Of a stretch of 64,000 nucleotides of DNA, positions 12,890 through 25,400 are shown piece after piece. This stretch comes from Ascidiella aspersa (Eukaryota): assembly GCA_963924565.1 (NCBI GenBank), contig OZ004614.1:24056001-24120000 (forward strand), given 5' to 3'. The notes below the pieces were generated by a model that saw only the letters and a program-made list of their open reading frames with translations, searched no databases and was not told where the DNA came from. Made by a program: the position numbers and the translations under genes. The stretch's first letter is position 1. Each line of letters starts with the position of its first letter.

Positions 12890-15800
12890 TATCCCTAATG
12901 TTTCATACCATTAGGATCTTCAAAATACAGGTGATGTGAATTGTCAACAAGGAGCATAGCAGTTGCTTTGAAAAGCCGCACAATGCTGTGGACAGTGGGC
13001 GTTTATTTTGTCAAATGATTGCTCTTGATAAATAGCATCTACTGTTTTATAGCTACTCTACAAATAGCGTTGAACAATGCTAGTTGCAAGCTAAAAATAT
13101 GATTCGATCAAATTATTTGTTCTGCAAGAAGTGGTTCGCGTGACACTACAGAGCGTCCATGTGGTATGAGATCGTAAAAAGGTTGGGAACCCCTGGTCTA
13201 AGCATTAGCTCAATAACACACACACATACAAGAAGTTGCTCAGCTTAGCGTATGGCAAGGATACTTCCATAAATGCAAGTCACAATCTTTAGTAGAGATT
13301 TCTTTCCGTTTTGGTCCTGACTGAACGAGTAAAGCTGCTTGATAATCACCCGAATTACATCCGCATTTTCTTCCCTTCACACAGCTTTAAACAACACATA
13401 TGCTTGTATATAGCGTTGTCCCTATAGTGTTGTCTTGTATTTAGCGTTGTCCCTGGTAGCAAATGTTGACTATCGACATATGTTAATTTTCTATCGGTGT
13501 TGGTTTTTCTCGTTTCATCAATCCGTTTAATAGCTGACATCAGTGTTGTAAACAAGTCATTTGAAATGACTAATTCCCACAAAAGTAATTTGTAAAATAA
13601 ACACGTCCAGCTAACGCCATTCTTATTAAACAACAAGTCTAGTGCATGTCCAAATCATCAGTTGTTTCGAAATCAAATCAATCCCATTCAAGTAATATTT
13701 AAAGCAAGTCAAGTCAATTAATTTTGCCCCCAAATCTAAGTCAGGCCAAATAATTTGAAAACAGTCACTCAAGTACAAATGTAATCGACTTGACACAAAA
13801 TAAAGTACAAAAATTATCGCAAGTCAGTAAAATACTGCCTGACAATCATTTGACATGTCTTAATACCCACTTCGAATACCCCCTCGTTGAGCTCTTCCAT
13901 TGGAGAGACACAATTCAATCGTTTTATGAACCTCTTGAAGAAAACTGCCATACGGTTTTGTATTTTACAGCTTTCGATGTTTCCGTTAAGACTATGTCCA
14001 TACATTGTTGATCGCAATATTCTAGTGCTCACAGATGGTGATTATTTTTTTTACTTTCTCAATCAAACTTTGAAGATCAGAAAGAGTTAATTCCCTTTCC
14101 AAAAAAGCGACATAATCCAAAATGAAAATGAGCAATATACAGTGACACCACAATCCATTTTTAATTGGTAATGTAGTAGAAGATAAGTTGGATGTGTTCA
14201 GGAACTGCTTCATACCAAGGTTTATCTGGCACGAATTCGGGAGATCGACAGTTTGTAAATATTTCAAAAATTACGAAGAGGCCTCTGATCAAGTCAAAAT
14301 CGATTTAATATTTTCGACAACATATGTCATTAAAGCATTTGGAATTTCGATTAAAATTTAGCATACATTACTTGGAAGCACCTAAACTGGCTTATGCTGC
14401 AGTTTGAAGGTTATTTGCAGTACTTAGTAAATATTCCACTGACATTTTAGCAACTGGTTTAGCAACCAGTTGAAACCACATACAGGCCTACTGATTAGCG
14501 TAGAATTTTATGAAGTGAAAAACAAAATTTTAAGCCGCGTTAGCCCAGGTCGTTTCCCGATTATAATGCAAATAATTAGGACTTAGTACAACAATACAGC
14601 TATTCGATAAATGTCATAAATAAATATTTCTCTAATAGCATCAACAAGACAGAAAAGTTAAAACGGAAATTACAAGAGATAAAAATTTATGTTTTATAAA
14701 AGCACTTATAACATTGCAGCATTACACCGGAATTTAACATTTAACTTAATCTATTAATTTTCCCGTTTGAGAACCAATTCACTTATTTACTGTCTATAGG
14801 TCTAAGCATTACCTCGGTGAAACACACTTAAGAAGTTGCTTAGAACGCCGTGTGGTAAGAATGTTCCCATAAACGCTAGTCACAATCTTTATTAGAGATT
14901 TCTTTCCCTTCTAGGCCTAACCAAACGTGTTATGCCGCGTAATCATCACCAGAATTACATCCGTATTCCTTCCTTTTTCACAGCTTTATCCAGCACATAC
15001 GCTTGTAGTGTTGTCCCTTAGAGCAAATCTTATCAATCTACATAAGTTTTTGCTAGGGCTGTAGGCTTTTCTCTCATTAATTCGTTTTAATAGCTAACAT
15101 CAGTATTGTAAACAAGTCATTTGAAATGACTTAAATCCCACTCAAGTCATTTGTACAACAACTAAGTCCAAGTAAAGTCATTTTTGTTAAATAACAAGTC
15201 AAGTACCAGTCTAAATGATCAGTTCCCCAAGTCAAGTCCCAGTCAAGTAATAATTGGAGCAATTCAAGTCCAGAAATGTTGCCCCAAAACTAAGTCAGGC
15301 CAAATAGTTACAAACCAGTTACTAAATAATACAAACCATCGACTTTCACAAAATTAAGTTCACTTAATGTAACCAAAACAAAGTTGCCGAACTGTAAAAA
15401 CAACATCAGCTGCTATCAAAATCAGAGCGTTACGTAAAATGAAACAATTAAAACCTGTTTTCTAGAGTTAAAATTTTCTTTCGAATAACAGAATATGCCT
15501 GAATTCGAATGTTGAAAACAACCGATTCTGGTTGCACATCAATGATAAAGATTAAGAGAACTTAGTAAACCGAAAATCATTTGTTTGAATGTTATAAAAT
15601 GATAAATATATTTCGCTACTAAAATCATCATCAGGATTTCATGCTTTTTTTATGTATTTTTTATCTGTTTTTTTTAAATCAGATTTACACCAAAAGTAAA
15701 CAAAATCCACTCTGACCAATTTAGCAAAACTTTTTGTTGGGTTTATATTTGGCTTTCCAGATTTTTTTTGCCTGATAGAGCATAATAACGTGTTTGGCGA

Positions 15801-18800
15801 TTTTACTAAAAATCTTAAATCGCCGCTTTTCCTTTATGCATTCGCTTTGCTCAAAACTCGTTTAATTCTCCAACATGTCTTCGCAATTTTGAGATATCTC
15901 CGCAGAATATTCACAACAAAGACTTATTTTTTTCCGAACAAGACTTATTTCATGTCATCACGGCCACGAAATTACGGGACCCATCTCTTGACAGTTCGTA
16001 TTCCTTTTTAAATGTAGTCATCAGATTTAAATACTTTAGCAGGGTGTCGGTACCACAAATAAGAACTGACTGAATTTGCAAGATATCACGTTTATTGCAG
16101 CGGTTTGAACACTAAGCAAATTTACATTTCAAACAAGATTTTTTTAATTGGATGCAGTATGGTACCTGCCGGGATTACGTATTTGCTTAAATTTCGCGCA
16201 ATTTGAACAATTGGTGCAACGAATTTTCACGTTTGTTAATCATTTTTAATCGACATATGTCCCGGGTTTTCGTTATGTAAAATATGCGAGACGTGTTTAG
16301 TCAAGGTTGTGTGTTTAGTAGCTCCATTTTTAAAAACACGCAACGTTGCCATTTGGTTTGTTGTTAAATATATATTTTTAAATTATCGGGAATAACATGC
16401 GGCTTCAGGAAGAAGGTTATACAATGCTGGTAACATGTGATTAGTGATTAAATGGTCAAAGTGCGGTCGCGCCTTTCCTTTAGTGACCTATTTCAGACAC
16501 GAAACTGCTTTTTATACGTTAATTTTTCATTTTTACACTGTTTTAACCAAATGCAAAAATAATGGGAATTTACCGAGACCAGGAATTAGATCTTTAGAAC
16601 TACCCAGATAAGTCACATAATTAAACACGCCATTCCATTAATGCCGCTTTCACACAGGAAAGAAGTTGCTAAGCGTGTCGTATGGCAAGGATGTTTCCAT
16701 AAACGCAAGTCAACATCTTTATTATACATTTCTTTCCGTTCTGAACCTAACCAAACGACAACGTGTTATGACGCATAATAATCACCAGAATCACATCCGC
16801 ATTTCCTTCCCTTTCTACAGCTTTACCTAACCCATACGCTTGCATGGAACAAATGTTGACTACTGGCTTTCTTGTCTCATTCATTTGTTTTTATAGCTGA
16901 CATCAGTGTTGTAAACAAGTCATTTGAAATGACTTAAGACCACTCAAGTCAAGTCAACTCCCATTCCAGGTCATCAGTAGTCTTAATTGGAGCAAAGTCA
17001 CGTCATTAAACTTAATTGGAGCAAGTCACGTCATTTGGCTCGAAAACCCAAGTCAAATAAAATAATTGAAAAGCGTTGATTTAAGCCTATACAAAAGTCA
17101 TCGACTAAAGTCAGCGCAATACTGGAGGACATATGTCATATTGTCTCCGGCGACAAACTTCATTTGCTGAAATGTATACAAAGCAACAGCAGTCATAAAA
17201 TGTCTCAGCGTTACGTCAATTACCGATGAAAAAATTGTTTTCTGTGAACCCGCACCATGAGTAAAAAACCCACTCACTATGACTAGTTTAACAAAACATT
17301 AAATTTTGTTAATTCATTTTTGGCTTTCCCCCATTTATCGGCCTCGATTATAATGGTGTGTTTGACGATTTCTTTAGGATCTTCCAATACTATAGAAGTC
17401 CTACATAAAAATTAGGTGCACATATGGAATGAAACACGTCGCTTCGTCTTCGGACATTTAAGTTATTTTAGCAAAGGGCTTAGGCTGCACGGAGTTGGCA
17501 AAATAATTAATTACAACCAATTTAGTTCTACTGCCTCAAACTACTTTCGAACTAAAATATTTTGGCGATTTGTGTATTAAGACAATCCTCGAAGGTATAG
17601 AATAGAAAGAGTATAATGTTTTTACGATATTGGACGACATTGTAACATATTGCGCTATTCTCGTTGACAGACTTCAAACATTAAATACACCTTATGTTGC
17701 CATAGCACTCTGTGGAATCAAGCGACAAAAATTAATCGTTTTATGACCAACCTCTTAACGAAAACTGCCATACTGTTTTAAACAACACAGCTTCCGTAGC
17801 TTCCGTTAAGATTTCGCCCATATGTTGTGCATCGCATTTTCCCAGTATTATCAGATCGTGTTCGTTTGTTTCAAAGAAGTTTTTAGAACAAATTCGGAAG
17901 AAGAATCAATTCCCACTCCAAATCAAGCGATTTTAATTAAACTGAAAACGACCATGTTAATAGTGGCACCCAAGCAGGCTTGGACAACTATAAATAATTC
18001 TAGTTATCTTATTGAATTAATTCAGAGCAAAATGCGGCTAATTTTAATTCTAATCTAATTTGTAAATTGCTGGTGTGCTTAATTCTAGTTCTATTTTCAT
18101 TCGGATTTTCATAAAAATGCCACTTTGTCCAACGGCATTTATATTCTCCCAGTTGAAACTAAGAATTTTAATTTAATACTCTTTGGGTGGCACAATTTTT
18201 TGTGATTTTATAATGTGAAAAGTATGATAAAACATCATTATAAAAATTTGCACACAAATATTTACCCATTCGCATTTATTATGAGAATAATTAGCGAATG
18301 AGATATAATTTATTGTCGATAAATAAACGTAATGGGGGCCTTAAAGTGTGGGACACGACACGAAAAGTCACGCCAAAATTGACGATAAAAATATATAGCG
18401 AAAACACAAATGTAATTCACGTACAAGTCAACTTAGCAACGTTTTATGATTGTTTTCATATTTTGGGAGCCAGCCTGTTGACTTGGTTCTACACGAAACT
18501 GCAGGAAGCAATAGATTGTTAGTAACGCTACTTCTCCATTAGTAACGCTACTTGGCGATCGGGTATTTAATAACACGGAGCCGTTATGGTTAGCTACTGC
18601 GATTTCCCGAATGGCTAACCCGAGTGGAATAATATACACATGTGGAAAATGCATTTAAGTTGTAATGCCCTTTAATTGCGCGAAGAATGTTAACTTGTAA
18701 AATAATAAAAAACATGACATAATGGAAGAAACGACTTTGATTTAAGCATACACAAGTACTGGAAGTTATGGTTTTAAGGATTCAATAACGACAGTCGCAT

Positions 18801-19459
18801 AAAGAAAAATATAATGTGCACTTACGACGTAGCAATGTAGAGTTTAATTTCCATAAACTCGTAATAGAACTTGAACAACACAATAATAAAGATATTTTGT
18901 TTGTTTAGAACAAAGTTCACGGAAACCCCAGAAAACATCTTGCGACCCACGTGTTGGGAACCACTGTGTTAAAGAGTTGCAAGAATTCAACGCTTTCCGT
19001 GTTATTCGTTTTCTGCTCAAGTAAGTTTGAAAAATTTATTCTGATCTGTATTTTGAATGCATGAAAATCAATATGTTTAAACAAATCATTTATCCTCCAT
19101 TTAACCCTATGTGTTAGTTCACTATTGAAAAAATTATTCACGCTGGGGCGAACCATTGGCCAGTTTACGAAATACAGCGTTATATCACGTAAGTCAGACT
19201 ACAGGAACATATCATATTTGGAATCATGGAATATTTACCATGGGGTGACATTGTGAAAATCAAAACAGATAATCTATAGTGCTTTAATGCAATTTGTTAA
19301 CTTCCTTCTTTCTTGTTTTTAATATTTCAAGTTTTTTTGTTTGTTTTTAGGACCAAAAAGGTGCCATGCATAGTATGACTTTTTGCTCAGTGTGAACTAA
19401 AAAACTGTCCACACTGCACAATATCCAAATGCGTTTGTTAAATTAATTGTGTAAAAACC

Positions 19460-22400
19460 CTAGTAAGCTCTCACGTACACTGATTGGCCAACAGCAGCGT
19501 TACCAATCCCAAACTGCTCGTATGCTGTGTCTTCACTTGCAGCAATCCTTGAGACGTTGTAAGCTTGACCAGGCGACTCGCCATTGGCTGATACGTAGGC
19601 AACAGGAATGACGTAATCACTGTCGTCAGACGGATGGTTGGTGACGTTATAGCTGGGATGAGCAGCAAAGCTAGTGTTGACGTAGTTGTTGCATTGTCCT
19701 CGAGATTGATCTTCAGCGTTGATGGACTTAGGGTCGTGACCTAGAAAAAAATAAAGCGTTGAAAAAAAAATAAAATATTCTTAGGCACAAAATTCTATTT
19801 GATGCACATGAAAATTCTTCAAATGACAAGACATATTTTGTTAATATCAGACACCAAGATGTTTGTAGTATATTTACCTGCTTGGGGTGGAGAACGATTG
19901 TCACTTTTCCGTTTTTCAAGCTTTGTTAAAATTTGGTTTCTGAATGAAAAAAGCACAAATATATTCACTTATATATTTAGCAAACACACAAATATATTTC
20001 ACAAAATGGCTGTCGGGGCTTACAATACCCACCTCTTGACGTAAACAAGAACGGCCACTCCAATTAGTATTATTACGGCGCAAGAAACTCCTATTGGTGT
20101 AGCAAGGCTGAGACTAGAAACAGACTGATTTTCTGAAATTAAAATACTGTTCGCTATCCTGTTTGTATATTTATGTTTAAAAGTCTTAACTTATGATGTG
20201 ATTCAAATTATCAGTATACGCGAAACTTGGGGCAACTTTACAAAAGAGCTTAAAGTTGTACATTACGTATAAGCTGAATATAACAATAAAGTTGCCTTGC
20301 GTAAATATAAATTTACAAAGCAACATCCACACTTTTATATGTGCCAGTATTTCATAAAAACATTGTAGAGTCTAGCATGGTTTACTAAAAACATTTGAAT
20401 GAAGTCACCTATTGGCAGATAACATACGCCATTCGATGCAAGAATTGTATTTCTGCACAATGACGTAATTGGGTGAAAATCTGACGTCACCGTGTCTCCC
20501 TTGTTCAACGTGACGTCATGAGTCAGTGTAATGAAAGATGTCAGTGTTATTTCGGAGGTTGTGGTTTTGTTGTTTTTGCTGGTTCTCTTAATTTTCAACT
20601 AGATACAAACGAAGATTTCAGAAAAATATACTTGGGAAAATCAATAATTCAAATGACATACCTTTGCACTTGTTATAACTGAAACAGAGGTCGACGGAAT
20701 TGTGATTTTAATTTGGCAGATTTTGTTTTGAAGGGTAAGTTTAGAAACGATTCCTGCAAAAACGTTTGAAGTTGATCCAGAAACAGTTGGCGTTTGGGGG
20801 ACTTTCCAAATATCAGGAAACAGCTTAATCTAAATTATATTGTTTTAATTGGAAAATGTAAACCAAAGAATCCTAACTAGTTTTTTTTTTAAATAAGGAA
20901 AATTAATGATTTTGAACTTACTTGAATCTTGTAATCTTCATTTCCAGGCAGGGTCGGAAATTCAGTGGAGTAAACATAGTTTGCAGAAGCCGTTGTTTTG
21001 TAATTTTTCACGATGTAAGTAAGCTTGTCATAACTTTGTGCAATCAGCTGAAAGTTGAAATCCCGGGAATATTTTGTTTCGTCAATCCACTTCACAATTA
21101 TTTTGTCGTGGTGGCACTTGGTAGCTTCAGTAAAACGAACAACTAAAACATAGAAAAGACAATTATTGTTACCAAAAAACATTATGATAATGGAAACGCA
21201 AAAAGCTAAAATTTCTGCTTATTTTGTAAACTAGAGTATTATTTTTCACTAATACTCGTTTGGTTGGTAAACTAGATTATTACATAATACTTACTGGGAA
21301 AAACACAGAGAGTGGTTAATAGAGCATTGCAATTCTTGATTTGTGATGTTCCGTTAGCAAATGAAGGACATTTGTCCGTTTCTAAAGTTGCATTCTCATT
21401 ACCTGAATTAAAGAGAAGATGTAATTAATTTAGCCTTCATTTACTAAAGTGGACAAATGTGGTAAAATTACTTTGTGTCCAAGCTGCAAACTTTGCAAGA
21501 GAGCTTCCGTTGAGATATTCCGACGACGGTAACTTGCCTCCGCGGTTCTTACAGTGGAGTTTGGCATCCGTGTATTTTCTGCTCGTGTTGTAACTGACGT
21601 AAAACTGTCCATTGTCGAACAGTAAATCTGAGGAAACAGTATTCTAAATAAAGTAACATACCCAGCATATGGTTTTAAACTATTATTTGTGCATTTTTTG
21701 CGGACCTAAAACGATAACCCATACAAAATGTCGTGCGAAATTACTGTAATTGTATATTTTCTCCGTGTACAGTATTTTGGCTGTAAACTCACATTACAAT
21801 ATTGCAATGTTTCACCAAAAAAAAACACTAAAGAATTACAAACGTTGCATAGGCCACAAAAAAGTGTTGTTACACAGAAAATAAAACACAGTTTATTACC
21901 TTGGTTAATCATAGGAAAAATATTCCCTGTAGCACCGAATTCATTTCGTGCCGAACACTTTACAGTCGCGTTGGCGCCAAATATCGCGGACGCTTCTATT
22001 GTTAGTTGTGACGTCACTGTTTTGATTGTACTGTGGATTGAGACGTAGGTTGGTGACGCGTCGCTGATGATTGTGACGTTTTGGTCGTTGATTGTCCAGT
22101 GAAAAAAGGTCGACTGGTCGGCGGCAAACGTACAATTCAACGACTGTGATTGGCTGAATTCTGCACCTGGTGATGACGCGTTAAGAAACCTTGGGGCAAC
22201 TGAAATGTTCAAAAATCGCAACCTTATTTAATAAAATTAAACCAGAAAGTGTGTCAAACATTTGCCCAAACATGCATTCACAATCTGGGCCCCGAAGATC
22301 GCCGGTTCGAACCCCCGATTCCCTGGCTTAGCAGGCGTTGAGTAACTTAGGTTTAGCTTCAAATAAACAAAGTTGCAAATTTAGTTAGGCTAAAAACATA

Positions 22401-25400
22401 TGTCTAAGCAGGAACTTCACGGCATGAAGAGAAAACATATGTTGATGAAATATATTATATTTTATTTCTACAATAATGTGAAGGATTTACAATCGAAATA
22501 TATTCGGTCATAAAAAATATTTTCATTTAGCAAATCGCTATTGATCCGTAAGCATTAAAATGTAGTTCCGCAATGGCTTGGATTATTTATTTAAACGGGT
22601 CTTTATACATTGTTTCTTCAACAAAGTGTAAACCATTAAAATATTTTGTTATGTTTCTTTGGGCTCTTACCTCTCACAACTAATGTTTTTGTTATTGCGG
22701 TTAGTATGCCGTCGCCCACTCTGTTGCTTGCATGGCAAACGTAATATCCACCGTCCGCTGTTGAATGAGTTGCTTTGAATGTAATAACAGCAACAGTCTT
22801 GTAGATCATCGTTTGAAGTATAGTCTGATATACATTAGCATCACTGCTTGCCGATACATTTTGTGAAGCTCTGTAAGTAAATTCAAAATATGCACACGAT
22901 TGTCTTATGTACTGGATAACATATTCAAAAGTTCAGAACATCACAATTGTAACATTCCACACGTGCTGTTTCGACACCAGAACTGTATAAAGCACAATAC
23001 CAAGAGGAATACTTTGACCAAGAAGCACTTAATTTTATTGAGCCATTTCAGGATTTTAGGCATCAACCAAAATGTATTAAAATCGTGTTTTTTTACAGTT
23101 CTTACAAACAGTGCTGTGGAGTCGGGGCCGGACTCGGGACTCGAGTAAGATTATACTTGGTAGCTCATTTGCAAGTTTGAAACCGATAAAGCCGTACACT
23201 GGAAACCGTAAGGGCGGAAAAGCATAGAGCGGAACATATTAAAACCACAGTATGTGGGTTGGTGGTACGCATGACTCTCCTTTGAAAATTGATGCATATC
23301 TACATTATTTTAAATATGGGGAGGGTGAATACTGTTTGTGCCGGTCACAGTACTCGATGGATTCGGTTAATTTGACCGGAGTAGAATTTGGGACGCGGAC
23401 TTTGCTTCTTTTAAACCGTAGTGAAATTTTTTTAATCTATCTTCAACATGATCAATTGCGTTTAATTTATAAATAGCGCCCGATTAAAACACGGCATTTT
23501 TGCTCACTTTGTCCAGTAAACTTCTGGCGTTGGAAAGCCGTACGACGTGCAGTTGATTTGTGGCTGTTGATCATCTTTGAGAGTAGCTGTTGCCGACGAA
23601 AGAGATATGTTGGCCTTCGCTAAAAATAACGATGAATCCTGTTAACGAGTGCAACTTTCCTTTTTGCTACTTTGTCCCAATTAATAACGCATACCTTGCA
23701 GTTGAAAGGTGGTTTGAACAGCATTAGCATTGTCGTTGTTGTTGCTTGCTGTGCATTTGTAAACTCCAACGTGTTCGATGCTTGCTGCGTTAAACTGGAG
23801 ACGAACAATCTGACGGTCATTTGGATTGATGATCGTCGTCATTTGATGTATATGAGATGCCGGATTGGAGCTGACAGTTTGAGCGTTTCTGTGAAAAACA
23901 AATATTTACAATTCTTGCAACAGCAGTATTTTATTTTTAATTTTTTAATAAATAATTACATGCTCCATGCGACTGTTGGTGCCCGCCATCCATAAGACAC
24001 GCAATCCACATGGAAACTAGCTGGAAACATTTGGATCCTCCAAGGTGATGATGGGGAAAGTGAAATGTTAGGTCCAACTGAAAATATTTCAAGTGTTTAA
24101 AAATTACATCATAAGGCATTGACGAATTATTGTTTAAAAAGTTTTTACATCAATAAAATAATCCAGTGGTCGGCAAACAGTGGGCCGCAGAGCCATTCTA
24201 AGTGGGCCGCGAGGTCAATTTGAACGCAAAATTTTTCGCGCGTCACGCGTATATTCTTCGTTTTATACTATGTTTCACATTATTATATGGCAATGTTTTG
24301 GCAATCAAGGCGCCGTGTAATATTCCAACTTAAAAACAAGTATCCTGAATCTGCCTCTGTTTTCGTAGTGGTTTCACGCAGTGGGCCTTTTATATCTCTG
24401 AAAAGAGTACTTTGGGCCGTGACAAAAAAAGTTTCCCGACCACTGATATAATCATTAATTGTACACCATGATGCTACAGTAAAAATATTTTAAAGCTGTA
24501 ACGATGGTAATGCAATTAGCTTCTTACTTTTTCTACTTCTTACGATTTTTACACTTATGAAGTATGCCATGAATACAGTATTTCTTGATATTTAATTGTA
24601 TCAATACCCTATACTTACTTAATATTTGCAGAACAGTAAACTTCTCTTTTCCCCCGTTTTGAGCGGTGCAATTGTATCTTCCTCCCACTTCAACCATTGC
24701 AATTGGAATGTGGAGTGTTGCAGTTGATTTGTATTTCGCAACTTCAGTCAAATTAGTTTGATAATACGGATCGTTGTTGTTGGAAGAAACCCCCACATCG
24801 TTTGTTCTAAATTTATTAGCGTCGATATATTTAGTTTCATTGAGACACACCAACGCTAATAAACCGAAACCAACCTCTTCCGAAATACGTTAGGCATGGG
24901 ATTACCATAACTGGTACACGTTGATGTAATCGATTTATCGCCATAATTCGCGGTGATTGCGTTCGGTGTTGATAAAGTCATGTTCGGCTGCACTGCAAAA
25001 TTGTTTACATAGGATTTGACAGAAAACAAAAGACATCCGTGAAACTAACGAGCACATAATTTAGCTTCAGTACCTAATGACAATTAAATGCACATACGAT
25101 TTTAAATTAGTAGAAATTTATGTACAAATCAATATTATTCCATTTGTAACTTAGTAAAATTGATTTGCTAAATATAAGCCCAGTGGTCGGCAAACTTAAT
25201 TTGTCGCCACCCAAACTGATCACAAAGTTACGTCATAAGACAATTAACTCTAAACACCTGTTGTTTGGAGCGCGGATATGGAGCTTATCCCAGCCTAATT
25301 GCGCGTCACACGAAAAAAAGTCATTAATCGTTTTAAATTGGCCAAACGTTATTAAAAAGGATATGTAACCCATGAAACACATAGCAATGCATTCGAATAC

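Larger units (their letters stand above)
9082..13195. mobile_element. hAT-type MITE split by the CACTG element (uninterrupted 419-bp copy at 43118-43536)
   Basis: TIR CAGGGGTGCCCAACC / GGTTGGGAACCCCTG, TSD (A/G)TCTAAGC; inserted into the peptide-gene upstream module. Confidence 0.85.

Noticed and set aside
8255-16842. Recurrent ~200-bp blocks as a CRISPR-like array
   Set aside because: Eukaryotic context, long degenerate units, irregular kb-scale spacing; explained by local gene duplication.
19471-19668. ORF MLLIPAITSPTIRL... (also 52920-53150)
   Set aside because: Wrong frame of the receptor's last exon; exon phase gives the Tyr-rich frame, and this ORF's stop differs between copies.
23140-23440. 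Conserved intron 14 segment (also ~57000-57300) as an extra exon
   Set aside because: No phase-compatible open frame or Ig motif; exons 14 and 15 already join into a complete Ig domain.
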